NCBI GenBank assembly: GCA_965224465.1
Contig: OZ245049.1
Span: forward strand, 1,140,001-1,172,000
Direction: 5' to 3'
From: Flavobacteriaceae bacterium
GTDB lineage: Bacteria > Bacteroidota > Bacteroidia > Flavobacteriales > Flavobacteriaceae
Length of the DNA stretch: 32,000 bases
A model generated the notes under the pieces. That model was not told where the DNA came from. It did not search any database and saw nothing but the letters and a program-made list of their open reading frames with translations. Positions 1 through 9,912 of the stretch are shown in pieces. How positions within the stretch are numbered: the stretch's first letter is position 1; the number at the start of each line of letters is the position of its first letter. Position numbers and translations under genes: made by a program.

Positions 1-26
1 TATTTTTAGACTAAACACAACAGCTT

Positions 27-926
27 TTGGAAACAATACTATCTATCACCAACTTACACAAAAAATATGGTAGCGTCCATGCCGTAAATAATTTATCCTT
101 TACCATAGAGAAAGGAAATGTATATGGGATCTTAGGACCTAATGGAAGTGGGAAATCCACCACTTTAGGAATTATTTTAAACGTAGTCAATAGCAGCTCT
201 GGTAGCTACCAGTGGTTTGACGGATCTATCTCTACACATCAAGCCTTAAAAAAGGTAGGTGCCATTATAGAACGTCCCAATTTTTATCCATACATGACAG
301 CCATACAAAACCTACAACTGGTTTGTAAAATTAAGGACATTCCGTATGATAAAATAGAAGAAAAACTTAAAACTGTTGACTTACACGATCGTAGAAATTC
401 TAAATTCGAAACATTTTCTTTAGGAATGAAACAGCGCTTAGCTATTGCTTCTGCCTTGTTAAACGATCCAGAAATACTAATTCTTGACGAACCGACCAAT
501 GGATTGGACCCCCAAGGAATACACGCCATCAGAAAAATAATTAAAGACATTGCTTCTAAAGGAACAACCATTTTACTAGCTTCTCACCTTCTAGATGAAG
601 TAGAAAAAGTATGTTCCCATGTGGTAATAATCAGAAATGGGATAAAGCTATACGCAGGTCGTGTAGATGAAATGACAACTAGCCATGGTCTTTTTGAACT
701 GAAAACAGACCAAGAAAACCAAACACTTGAAACATTGATAAAGGGCATAAAAGAAATTGCAAGTATCTCTGTAGAAAATGGTTTGATTACTGCACAACTA
801 AATGCGCCACTGGCTGCTTCTGACTTAAATTCTTTCTTGTTCAAAAACGGAATCACACTTTCTCACCTTGTCAAAAGAAAACCAAGTTTAGAACAACAAT
901 TCCTTACTTTAACTACTAAAAAATAA
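27..926 (+). CDS. ABC transporter ATP-binding protein (ABC-2 exporter type)
   Basis: 299-aa ORF with Walker A GPNGSGKST, a signature-like FSLGMKQRL and Walker B ILILDEP. TTG start as in the ORF track. Its stop is 2 nt upstream of the permease start. Confidence 0.9.
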   Translation: METILSITNLHKKYGSVHAVNNLSFTIEKGNVYGILGPNGSGKSTTLGIILNVVNSSSGSYQWFDGSISTHQALKKVGAIIERPNFYPYMTAIQNLQLVCKIKDIPYDKIEEKLKTVDLHDRRNSKFETFSLGMKQRLAIASALLNDPEILILDEPTNGLDPQGIHAIRKIIKDIASKGTTILLASHLLDEVEKVCSHVVIIRNGIKLYAGRVDEMTTSHGLFELKTDQENQTLETLIKGIKEIASISVENGLITAQLNAPLAASDLNSFLFKNGITLSHLVKRKPSLEQQFLTLTTKK

Positions 927-928
927 TC

Positions 929-1759
929 ATGTTACGACTTTTATACATAGAACTTCATAAATTAAGACACAGTAGAGCTAGTAAGGTCTTGATTCTAATT
1001 TATTTTGCATTGCTCACTTCTATTTCGTTGATAGCTGCCATTAAGTTTGACGTTGGTCCCATCCAGTTTCACTTAGCTGATATGGGTATTTTTAACTTTC
1101 CATACATTTGGCATTTTAATACATTTACAGCTTCTATTTTTAAATTTTTCTTATTGCTTGTTATTGTCTCCATGATGGCAAATGAATACAGTAATAAAAC
1201 TCTAAAACAAAATCTAATAGACGGTTTAAGTAAAAAGGAATTTATTCTTTCAAAATTTTACACGGTGATTGCTTTAGCAGCATTATCAACTGTTTTTGTG
1301 TTTTTTGTGACTCTAATTTTAGGCTATAGCTACTCCGACTTTACAGAATTTAGCATTGTACTAATGGATATTCAGTTTTTATTCGCTTTTTTTATAAAAC
1401 TAGTTGGATTCTTTTCTTTTGGACTCTTTTTAGGGATTTTAATCAAACGTTCTGCTTTTGCAGTTGGCGCTTTATTAATATGGCTATTTATTGAAAACGC
1501 TATATTTAAAGGGATTCTTTTTTGGAAACTAAGAGACCATATGGACAGCATTATGAGGTTCTTACCCTTAGAAGCTATGAGCAATCTAATCAAAGAACCT
1601 GGGACACGATTGGATGCCGTAAAATCCTTAGGAAAACAAGTAGGAGAAAACTGGGGAGGAAAAGTTTCGGTACAACCTTTAGACCTATTTATTGTAATGG
1701 TTTGGACCTTTATATTTATTTACTTATCCTATATCTTGGTGAAAAAGAGAGACTTATAA
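929..1759 (+). CDS. ABC-2 family transporter permease
   Basis: 276-aa, very hydrophobic ORF with about 6 predicted TM segments. Tightly coupled to the upstream ATPase gene. No specific substrate can be inferred. Confidence 0.75.
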   Translation: MLRLLYIELHKLRHSRASKVLILIYFALLTSISLIAAIKFDVGPIQFHLADMGIFNFPYIWHFNTFTASIFKFFLLLVIVSMMANEYSNKTLKQNLIDGLSKKEFILSKFYTVIALAALSTVFVFFVTLILGYSYSDFTEFSIVLMDIQFLFAFFIKLVGFFSFGLFLGILIKRSAFAVGALLIWLFIENAIFKGILFWKLRDHMDSIMRFLPLEAMSNLIKEPGTRLDAVKSLGKQVGENWGGKVSVQPLDLFIVMVWTFIFIYLSYILVKKRDL

Positions 1760-1802
1760 CTCGTTTTTCATAAATCATATTACTGCCAAACAAATTGTTA
1801 AA

Positions 1803-1832
1803 ATACCCTTAATTTATTGAGGGTATTTTTTT
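1803..1832 (+). terminator. Rho-independent terminator after the ABC operon
   Basis: Stem ataccct(1803-1809)/agggtat(1820-1826) followed by a T-run, about 45 nt after the permease stop. Confidence 0.55.
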
Positions 1833-1970
1833 ATATTTGGCTCTAGCGCTTTCAGAAATCATCCATTCCATGGATTCTATTCTAGAAAATGCAACCCATA
1901 GAAATATGCACCTCTAGACAGCAGTCTTTGTGTATATCTAACCCACGATTCAATAAACAGTAATAGTCCC

Positions 1971-4820
1971 ATGAAAAAAATAATTTACTTCCTGTTTTTA
2001 TGTTCCTTTTTTGAAATATCCGCTCAAGGAGAAGCAAACAACTGGTTTTTTGGTCAAAATGCAAGCCTTAATTTTAACCAAACCCCTCCTAAGTCTGAAA
2101 CTGGACAATTAAGCACCAATGAAGGCTGCTCATCATTTTCTGACAGTAATGGGAACCTCCTCTTTTATTCTGATGGCACAACTGTTTGGGATAAAAATCA
2201 TGCTATTATGCCTAATGGAAACAATCTAAAAGGACATCCTAGCAGTACACAATCGGCTATTATTATCCCAAAACCTAATAGTGCCAACATGTACTACCTA
2301 TTTACAGTCGGCGCCCGTATTAAAGATTCAGGAGAATTTGGCTTTCATTATTACACTATAGATATGACTGCTAATAATGGGAATGGGGCAATCATAGCGG
2401 GTCCCGTAAATCTTGGTGGATCTGACAATCCTGAATGGAGTGAGAAAGTAACGTCTGTAAAAGGAGACGATTGTAATTCTTTTTGGGTGATTTCGTTGGT
2501 TTACAACTTATTTTATGCCTATAAAGTAGATGCTACCGGAGTCGCAAATACACCCGTTATTTCCCGAGTAGATTACAACTCTACCGATGTAAGTAGACGT
2601 GGTTATCTAAAAGTATCTCCTGATGGCACCATGTTAGCCTGTGCCACTTTTGCATTTAATGGCAATCAAGGAGGGCCACAAAACGGAAAACTACACCTCT
2701 ACAATTTTGATGCTAAATCAGGAACTATTTTAAATGATGCAACACTCCTAATTTCTAACGTATCCAATGATGGAGAACCCTATGGAATAGAATTCTCTCC
2801 AAACTCTACTTTTCTTTACGCCTCCACTATGGGGAGTAAGTACCATAAACTATTTCAATTCGATTTAAAAGAACAAGACATTGCTGGCTCAAAAACATTG
2901 ATTGATTCACAAGTTGGATATAGAGGTGCCTTACAATTGGCTCCCAACGGAAAAATATATGCAACAGTCCCTCCTAGCTATACAGATGGAACACATTTTT
3001 TAAATATAATTCACAACCCAGAAGGTAAAGGAACTGCATGTAATTACGAGATAAACGGGCTGGATTTATCGCCAAATTACGCCATGCAAGGCCTCCCTCC
3101 CTTTATCGCTTCTTTATTACTTCCTATAAAAATAACAGAACTTTCGAACCCCACCATCAATCTAAACAATACCATTAAAGGAACTTGCATCGGAGAAAGC
3201 CTTAGCATTAGCTCAGAAATAATAGATGGAGAAGCAATTTATCAATGGTATTTTAATGGAGAACCTTATACTTCTGGATTTTCCTTAGACATTCAAAACA
3301 TTCAATTATCCAATGCTGGATTGTACGAACTAAACGTGCAAACTGTTGATGAATGTGGTTTTAATAAAACCTATAAAGGGAGTATTATTATAAAAGTTTA
3401 CAAAAATCCAGTCGCTAAAAATAGCACCTATGACCAATGTGATTTTGACAACAAACCTCTCAATGGAAAAACCATCTTTAACTTGTCTCTAAAAAAAGAA
3501 AGTATTACAAGTGCGGATGACAATCTAAGTGTGTATTTCTACAAAGACCAAATGCATTATAACAACGATAATTTTATAAAGGATGAAACAAATTTTATCA
3601 ACACAATCCCTTTCTCTCAAACACTCCTCACCAAAATTATCAATAACAGTACAAACTGCTACAGTCAAGGAAGTCTAACACTTAATATCTCCCCTACCTC
3701 ATTAGCCACGTATCCTAACGTTTACCTTTGCGAAAACGATTTGAATGCCGCGGACACAGTTCTTGTCCAAAGTAATGGCGCTGGAGTTTCTAGCTACGAT
3801 TTTGAAGACAAAAAAACCGAAATACAATCTTTATTTAATCCTGTATCTGTTAACGTAGCTATCTATAAAAATTCTATCGATGCACAAACTCAAACCTACC
3901 CTATTAAAGGCATCCATAAAATTGCTTCTCATCTGTACTATGTAAGAATAGAAAACGTAGCCACTAAATCCTGTGTAGCTGTTGGTACTTTTAAAACCAT
4001 TTTAAACTATTTACCCACAGTTTCTTTTTCTAAAAAAGAAATACTGCTTTGCGTTAATAATCCTTTAGATACTCCCCATACAAATACTATTTTATTAAGA
4101 ACACAATTTGGAAAAACCATTGCATATTTTAAATGGTACCTCAACGGAAAGGAACTCTTAGGAGCAAGAAAAAGCAAGTACGAAGCTACAAAAAAAGGTA
4201 CCTATTTTGTAGAAGCCCATAAATATTATTTAAACGATACCGATAGCAATGCTGACGACACCTATTGCATTGGTTATAGCAGCATACAAGTAAACACCTC
4301 AAATCCAGCAGCTATAAAAGACAGCCACCTAAACATTGTAGAGGACAGTTCTAACAACACATTAAACATCATTAACACCAATACTTTAGGTCTTGGAGAT
4401 TACGAATTTGGTTTAAATTTACTTCAAAACGATACCGAATATCAGGAGCATACAAATTTCGAGTATTTATCACCTGGTTTTCACACCTTGTATATCCGAG
4501 ACAAAAACGGATGTGGAACCAGTACAAAAAAATTCGCAATACTTGCCTATCCTAAATTTTTTACCCCTAATAATGATGGAATAAATGACACTTGGAAACT
4601 GATAGGACTAGACCGTACAAAATACAGAAGCGCCAACTTGCAAATTTTTAATCGCTACGGAAAATTAATCAAACAAATGAATCTAACTAATAATTCTTGG
4701 GATGGAAGTTATAATGGTAAACTCTTAAAATCTGATGATTATTGGTTCGTCGTAAAATTGACAGATCTAAATACTATGACCATCATTAAAAAAGGACATT
4801 TTAGTTTACTCCGAAATTAG
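1971..4820 (+). CDS. T9SS type B sorting domain-containing secreted or cell-surface protein
   Basis: 949 aa. N-terminal signal peptide MKKIIYFLFLCSFFEISAQ. The C-terminus FFTPNNDGINDTWKL...FNRYGKLI...WDG.YNGK...DDYWFVVKL matches the gliding-motility-associated (CHU_C / type B) T9SS C-terminal domain. The middle region looks repeat or Ig-like. Confidence 0.85.
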   Translation: MKKIIYFLFLCSFFEISAQGEANNWFFGQNASLNFNQTPPKSETGQLSTNEGCSSFSDSNGNLLFYSDGTTVWDKNHAIMPNGNNLKGHPSSTQSAIIIPKPNSANMYYLFTVGARIKDSGEFGFHYYTIDMTANNGNGAIIAGPVNLGGSDNPEWSEKVTSVKGDDCNSFWVISLVYNLFYAYKVDATGVANTPVISRVDYNSTDVSRRGYLKVSPDGTMLACATFAFNGNQGGPQNGKLHLYNFDAKSGTILNDATLLISNVSNDGEPYGIEFSPNSTFLYASTMGSKYHKLFQFDLKEQDIAGSKTLIDSQVGYRGALQLAPNGKIYATVPPSYTDGTHFLNIIHNPEGKGTACNYEINGLDLSPNYAMQGLPPFIASLLLPIKITELSNPTINLNNTIKGTCIGESLSISSEIIDGEAIYQWYFNGEPYTSGFSLDIQNIQLSNAGLYELNVQTVDECGFNKTYKGSIIIKVYKNPVAKNSTYDQCDFDNKPLNGKTIFNLSLKKESITSADDNLSVYFYKDQMHYNNDNFIKDETNFINTIPFSQTLLTKIINNSTNCYSQGSLTLNISPTSLATYPNVYLCENDLNAADTVLVQSNGAGVSSYDFEDKKTEIQSLFNPVSVNVAIYKNSIDAQTQTYPIKGIHKIASHLYYVRIENVATKSCVAVGTFKTILNYLPTVSFSKKEILLCVNNPLDTPHTNTILLRTQFGKTIAYFKWYLNGKELLGARKSKYEATKKGTYFVEAHKYYLNDTDSNADDTYCIGYSSIQVNTSNPAAIKDSHLNIVEDSSNNTLNIINTNTLGLGDYEFGLNLLQNDTEYQEHTNFEYLSPGFHTLYIRDKNGCGTSTKKFAILAYPKFFTPNNDGINDTWKLIGLDRTKYRSANLQIFNRYGKLIKQMNLTNNSWDGSYNGKLLKSDDYWFVVKLTDLNTMTIIKKGHFSLLRN

Positions 4821-4921
4821 CACTGCTCCATCAACAGTACAAAAAATAAAGATGACTAAAAAAGATGCATGAATGTCAGCATTCAACTTCTTAAAAGCTA
4901 AAAAAAGTTTATTTTTGTAGC

Positions 4922-6925
4922 ATGCAGTTTAAACTAGTTTCAAAATTCAAACCCACAGGCGATCAACCTGAAGCCATTAAACAACTTATCGAAGGTATAA
5001 ATAATGGCGATAAATTTCAAAATTTACTTGGGGTAACGGGCTCTGGGAAAACATTTACCGTAGCCAATGTAATCGCAGAGGTTCAAAAACCAACGCTTGT
5101 ATTGGCGCACAACAAAACATTGGCGGCTCAATTATACCAAGAATTTAAAACATTTTTCCCTAATAACTCTGTAGAATATTTTGTTTCTTATTACGATTAT
5201 TACCAACCAGAAGCTTATTTACCCGTAACTGGAACCTTTATTGAAAAAGATTTATCCATCAACGAAGAAATTGAGAAACTAAGAATTAGCGCATCCTCTG
5301 CTTTGTTATCAGGACGTAGAGATGTAATTATCATCGCTTCCGTGTCTTGTATTTACGGTATTGGAAACCCCGTAGAATTCAAGAAAAACGTAATAAATAT
5401 AGAAATAGATCAGCAAATATCCCGTACTAAATTACTGCATTTACTTGTTAGCAGTCTGTATTCTAGAACCGAAGAAGAAATTAGAAGCGGTACTTTTAAA
5501 GTAAAGGGCGATATTATAACGGTCTATCCATCTTACGGTGAACATGCATATCGAATTCATTTTTTTGGTGATGAAATAGAAGAATTAGAAAGTTTTGACC
5601 TACAAAACAACACCGTACTTGAAAAGTATGACCAACTCACCATTTATCCCGCAAATCTATTTGTAACCTCTCAAGATGTGTTACAAAATGCCATTCATGC
5701 CATTCAGGAAGACATGGTAAAACAAGTGGACTACTTTAAAGAAATAGGAAAATCACTCGAGGCTAAACGACTCAAAGAACGCACCGAATTTGATTTGGAA
5801 ATGATTCGTGAATTGGGCTATTGTAGCGGAATTGAAAACTACTCTAGGTATTTGGACGGTAGAAACCCTGGCACACGACCTTTCTGCTTGTTAGATTATT
5901 TTCCTGATGATTATTTAATGATAATTGACGAGAGCCACGTAACCATTCCTCAAGTACACGCCATGTACGGCGGTGACAGATCTAGAAAAGTAAATTTGGT
6001 AGAATACGGTTTTCGCTTGCCTGCTGCTATGGACAATAGACCTTTGAAATTTGAGGAGTTTGAAATGATTCAAAACCAAGTGATCTTTGTCAGCGCAACC
6101 CCTGCAGATTATGAACTAGAAAAAACAGAAGGCGTAGTTGTAGAACAAGTGATACGACCTACAGGGTTACTAGACCCAATTATTGATGTACGCCCAAGCC
6201 TCAACCAAATAGATGATCTGATTGAAGAAATTCAAATTCGTGTAGAGAAAGACCAACGTACCTTAGTAACTACCTTAACCAAACGTATGGCAGAGGAACT
6301 GGCTAAATACTTGAGCAGAATACAAGTGCGTTGTCGCTATATTCATTCTGATGTAGACACCCTAGAGCGTGTGGAAATTATGCGAGATTTACGTATAGGA
6401 TTGTTTGATGTATTAATCGGTGTCAACCTATTAAGAGAAGGGCTGGATTTACCAGAAGTTTCCTTAGTAGCCATATTAGATGCCGATAAAGAAGGGTTTT
6501 TACGTTCTCACCGATCCCTTACACAAACCATCGGTAGGGCTGCAAGAAATGTGGAAGGACGCGCTATTTTGTATGCTGATAAAATCACCAAAAGCATGCA
6601 ACTTACCATTGATGAAACAGACAGACGTAGAGAAAAACAAATTGCCTATAACACCAAACACAACATCACGCCTACCCAAATTAAAAAAGACATAGACAAT
6701 GCACTAAGTAGTAAAAACGATGCTACTTATGCCTATGACAATTCCGACATGATCGCCGCAGAAGAAGCCATGAATTACGCCTCAAAAAGCGAGTTAGAAA
6801 ACAGTATTAAAGCCATGCGTAAAAACATGGAAATGGCAGCAAAAGAGTTGGATTTTATAAATGCCGCTAAGTTTAGAGATCAAATTAAGGCATTGAAGGA
6901 AAAAATAAAAGGCTTGTCTACTTAA
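4922..6925 (+). CDS. uvrB: Excinuclease ABC subunit B
   Basis: 667 aa. Canonical UvrB N-terminus (FKPTGDQPEAI, Walker A GVTGSGKTFT), helicase motifs (DESH, QTIGRAARN) and a C-terminal UVR motif (AAKFRDQIKALK). Confidence 0.97.
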   Translation: MQFKLVSKFKPTGDQPEAIKQLIEGINNGDKFQNLLGVTGSGKTFTVANVIAEVQKPTLVLAHNKTLAAQLYQEFKTFFPNNSVEYFVSYYDYYQPEAYLPVTGTFIEKDLSINEEIEKLRISASSALLSGRRDVIIIASVSCIYGIGNPVEFKKNVINIEIDQQISRTKLLHLLVSSLYSRTEEEIRSGTFKVKGDIITVYPSYGEHAYRIHFFGDEIEELESFDLQNNTVLEKYDQLTIYPANLFVTSQDVLQNAIHAIQEDMVKQVDYFKEIGKSLEAKRLKERTEFDLEMIRELGYCSGIENYSRYLDGRNPGTRPFCLLDYFPDDYLMIIDESHVTIPQVHAMYGGDRSRKVNLVEYGFRLPAAMDNRPLKFEEFEMIQNQVIFVSATPADYELEKTEGVVVEQVIRPTGLLDPIIDVRPSLNQIDDLIEEIQIRVEKDQRTLVTTLTKRMAEELAKYLSRIQVRCRYIHSDVDTLERVEIMRDLRIGLFDVLIGVNLLREGLDLPEVSLVAILDADKEGFLRSHRSLTQTIGRAARNVEGRAILYADKITKSMQLTIDETDRRREKQIAYNTKHNITPTQIKKDIDNALSSKNDATYAYDNSDMIAAEEAMNYASKSELENSIKAMRKNMEMAAKELDFINAAKFRDQIKALKEKIKGLST

Positions 6926-6990
6926 ATTTAAGAACACTCGGTTTAATCAACAACCTCATCACAAGGGGACGAAGTATGCTTTTCGAAATA

Positions 6991-7119
6991 CTATTTTGTA
7001 TTCCGAGGCAGCGCCCTGAAGAAGATTACTTTAGTTAATTTTACCCAGCGATTTTCTTTTGATAATTCCTGATCAAATGGATGAAAGCATCCTAATAAAG
7101 TTAACTGATTTGAAGGCAT
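6991..7119 (-). pseudogene. N-terminal fragment of a DDE transposase (IS4/IS5-superfamily-like), truncated
   Basis: Hand translation gives MPSNQLTLLGCFHPFDQELSKENRWVKLTKVI... followed by a stop. The xxNRWVKLxxxI motif is typical of the N-terminal region of Bacteroidota IS5/IS1182-type transposases. Only about 42 codons remain. Confidence 0.4.
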
Positions 7120-7475
7120 GTTTTTTACCATAAGTGCACAAGTTTAGTACCTAAAGACACAAAAACATACGCATTCACCAAAACAAACAAAGCGTAAAAA
7201 TACAATTTATATACTGATAATCAAATATATAGACTATATCTGATTAAGAACAAGCAAGCTCTAAGTAGTATAAACCATTAATAATACACAAACTTTATTT
7301 ATTTGAACTGCCCTATAGGTTCATGAGAATTAGAAGTGTTTTTTATACTTATATTAGAAATGACCGTGCGAAGTTCTCGTATGATTTGTCTGTCCCAAAC
7401 TTAATTCTGGAGTGGTGTGAGAGATGCCTGTCAGCTAAACTAACAGGAGTTATTTACATGATTATGGACTGACTT

Positions 7476-9083
7476 TTAATGCGTTTTGATATATTCATCG
7501 GCAAATCTTTGACCCATTAACCTTTGCCCTATTGAGTTAAAATGTAATTTATCACCTTTGTGATTTAAATCAGAAGTTTTAATCAATGTTAAATTATGAG
7601 TTAAAGCATAATTCCTTATTTGACTATTGATACTCCCAAAGTATTTATTTTTAGAAAATGCACCAAGCTCTCCTGATAGAATAGGTAATTCATTATCTCC
7701 TGCAATTTTTCGGAATTTTGTAAATAGCTCAGACAATCTATTTTTATATTCAATAGAACTTTTCTTATTCGCATCACTTTCTCCTTGATGCCACAATATT
7801 CCTTTTAATTGTCCTATGCTTTTTCCAAATTCAACTTTTTCTTCGAAGTTTGTAAGTAAGGGTACGCCTCTGTGTATAGAATCGCCAAGCCATTTATTAA
7901 TAGAACTGCCACCAATAGCTGTAGGAAGTATTAAAACGGATATGCTATCAGGTATTTGTTCAATTAGTCTTTTTCCGAACGAAAGTCCACAATCCAAACC
8001 TATAAGTGTAGGTTCATAAATATTAAGAGGTTCTTTTGCGAGAATAATTTTATTATTTCTGTTTATTGTCAGGACTCTTTTCGATGGAATAGTGTCCTTG
8101 GGTTCTACAAAGCCACGACCTGCCATATTCGATTGTCCTGCCATAATAAATACCCATAAGTTATCCTTCTTTGGAATCGAAACTACATGAACTATTGATG
8201 TTGGAAAGTTTTTGGTTCGTACCTTCTTGTTCACTGATTTTAAAGTCATATTTAGCCAAGCTTCAGCCAAGGAAGGCCATGTTTTAGCTGCAACATTTCC
8301 GGGTCGCATGCCGTATCCGTGGCCACCATTTTGCATCATATGTAGTTCAACGGGGGTTTTATTTTCTCGTAATGCTTTAGCAAATACCAGAGAACTATTT
8401 CCGTATATATCATCAGATGTACCGAAAATAAAAAAGGGAGGTACATCTTTACTCAACGCTAATTCGGGTGTAATACTTCTGTCTTCACCTTTATCTAGAT
8501 AAGCTGGATAGACAAGCATTGAAAAGTTCAGTTTACATGATAATTTATCAATAGCATCCGCTTTAGTATAGGAATCAATTGTAAGGTGGGTTGATGCTCG
8601 TGCTACGAGACTTCCTCCTGCTGAAAAACCAATAGCACCAATTTTTTGAGGATTCAAATGATAGAGGTCTGCTTTATTACGTACAATCTTAATTGCTCTT
8701 TGAATATCATTCAAGGCACCTAATTGATTTTTTGGGACCCGGTATTGTAAAACAAAAGCAGTATAGCCGAGTTTATTAAGCCATTCAGCTATTTCATAAC
8801 CTTCCTTATCAATAGCTAATATATCATATCCTCCTCCAGGACAAACAATTACTCCAACACCTAAATTATTTGAATTATTAGGCTCAAAAACAACTAAAGC
8901 AGGATTTGTAATATCCGTAATTCTAGTTACATCGCCTTTTGTATTATCCGTTTGTACTGGTGGATGTTTTGCCGTTTTCTGATTAGGAACTTTATCTGGC
9001 CACAAATAAATTGTATCTCTGGTTTGAGCCTGAAGTAAGCAAGTGAAAAGAAGAAAGATAAGAGTTTGATATATTAATTTCAT
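7476..9083 (-). CDS. Secreted two-domain carbohydrate esterase: alpha/beta-hydrolase esterase fused to a sialate O-acetylesterase-like (SASA/DUF303) domain
   Basis: Start placed at the internal Met (9083), which gives the signal peptide MKLIYQTLIFLLFTCLLQAQ. The N-terminal half has CPGGGY and the nucleophile elbow GFSAGGS. The C-terminal half has the SASA-type motifs AGQSNMAGRG and WHQGESD. Confidence 0.75.
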   Translation of the reverse strand: MKLIYQTLIFLLFTCLLQAQTRDTIYLWPDKVPNQKTAKHPPVQTDNTKGDVTRITDITNPALVVFEPNNSNNLGVGVIVCPGGGYDILAIDKEGYEIAEWLNKLGYTAFVLQYRVPKNQLGALNDIQRAIKIVRNKADLYHLNPQKIGAIGFSAGGSLVARASTHLTIDSYTKADAIDKLSCKLNFSMLVYPAYLDKGEDRSITPELALSKDVPPFFIFGTSDDIYGNSSLVFAKALRENKTPVELHMMQNGGHGYGMRPGNVAAKTWPSLAEAWLNMTLKSVNKKVRTKNFPTSIVHVVSIPKKDNLWVFIMAGQSNMAGRGFVEPKDTIPSKRVLTINRNNKIILAKEPLNIYEPTLIGLDCGLSFGKRLIEQIPDSISVLILPTAIGGSSINKWLGDSIHRGVPLLTNFEEKVEFGKSIGQLKGILWHQGESDANKKSSIEYKNRLSELFTKFRKIAGDNELPILSGELGAFSKNKYFGSINSQIRNYALTHNLTLIKTSDLNHKGDKLHFNSIGQRLMGQRFADEYIKTH

Positions 9084-9430
9084 GTTTTTTTCAGTCTTAT
9101 ATTTTAGTTTACTAATAACGTTTAGTGTCAAAAACGTAGGACAGTTGATAAGCACTTTCGTTACGGATTATTACCTGACTAAATATAAATGTTTTGCTTT
9201 TATATTTTATTCTATAAACACCAAATTTCATATTTAATTTGAAGAACACTATATACGATATACAGTGTTCTTCAAATGTACATAAAATATGTAGGGCTTA
9301 CTGAGTTTATAAGAGATTAACTAAACTTCATATTAGATATATATTCATGATAATAACCACCTCCATTAAAAAAACAGAAGAACTTATTTGATTCATTTTT
9401 TGAACAAATACTATTTGAGGTTCCTTTTTT

Positions 9431-9700
9431 TTAAAAGGCACAAAAAACAGGATATAAATATGATTTTTTCAATAAAGTTACTAGATTCATTACAAAGAAA
9501 ACTGCACCAATCCAGCTTTGTGAGGTGTCGTTTGTTTTTGCTTTTATATTACTTAGTCCGTATCCATTTTTAGTTTGCCGAAATTTCCCTTCGATTATAT
9601 TTTTTTGGTTTCGCTCTTTCTTTAGTTTTCGTCTCTGATACGCATTTCGTCTTATTTTGGCGGGCGCACTAAAGGTTTTCCTACAATACGAATTCCTCTT
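9431..9700 (-). pseudogene. C-terminal fragment of a DDE transposase (IS4/IS5-superfamily-like), truncated
   Basis: Hand translation of the minus strand gives ...RRNAYQRRKLKKERNQKNIIEGKFRQTKNGYGLSNIKAKTNDTSQSWIGAVFFVMNLVTLLK...*. The IEGKFGQxKNGYGL...TSxSWI...F.VMNL pattern is a typical transposase C-terminus in Bacteroidota. An in-frame stop lies immediately upstream, so only 89 codons remain. Confidence 0.55.
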
Positions 9701-9772
9701 TATTTAAGCCACTTCCTGTTCTTTCTATCCAGATAAATACAATCTTCCAATATCAATAATTTATTTCAAGCT

Positions 9773-9893
9773 CTAGCGTTATTGAAAAACAGAACGATAG
9801 CGAAGGATATCCTTAGATTTTTCGCTTAATTAAAATAAAAATTGATTCCATTTCTAAACTGTCACTTGGAAATACATTTGACATTACACCAAC
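9773..9893. repeat. Left copy (R1) of an imperfect direct repeat of about 120 bp bracketing the toxin/array island
   Basis: Aligns by eye with 20931..21050 in the same orientation. Identical blocks include atccttagatttt, atttctaaac, gtcacttggaaat and tttgacatta. Identity is roughly three quarters by eye. Confidence 0.6.
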
Positions 9894-9912
9894 TACAAAC
9901 ACCTCATAATTA

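Noticed and set aside
284-856. Antisense ORFs lie inside the ABC ATPase gene (284..571, 584..856). Similar antisense or out-of-frame ORFs lie inside the permease, uvrB, esterase, toxin, lon, sbcC and sbcD genes.
   Set aside because: All are embedded in much longer ORFs with clear family motifs. None has recognisable motifs of its own.
1841-1920. A possible third, degenerate copy of the island-bracketing repeat lies here (ctctagcg..., ggattctattctagaaa..., agaaatatgca).
   Set aside because: Only short patchy matches are visible by eye and several gaps are needed. I cannot distinguish this from chance similarity in AT-rich intergenic DNA without a proper alignment.
7421-7450. A short hairpin (cctgt...acagg) downstream of the esterase gene could be a terminator.
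   Set aside because: The stem is 5-6 bp and no T-run follows on the transcribed (minus) strand. The support is too weak to call it.
9084-9155. Extended N-termini are offered by the ORF track for the esterase (9155), the DUF4097-like gene (24861) and the DUF2807-like gene (25969).
   Set aside because: In each case an internal Met immediately precedes a canonical signal peptide (MKLIYQTLIFLLF..., MKKLYKLIILLLL..., MMKKLITLSIVLL...). The upstream extensions would bury the signal peptide.
9388-9573. A 61-aa plus-strand ORF lies in the accessory intergenic region.
   Set aside because: It lies antisense to the transposase C-terminal remnant, whose minus-strand translation carries a recognisable transposase motif. 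It is most likely spurious.
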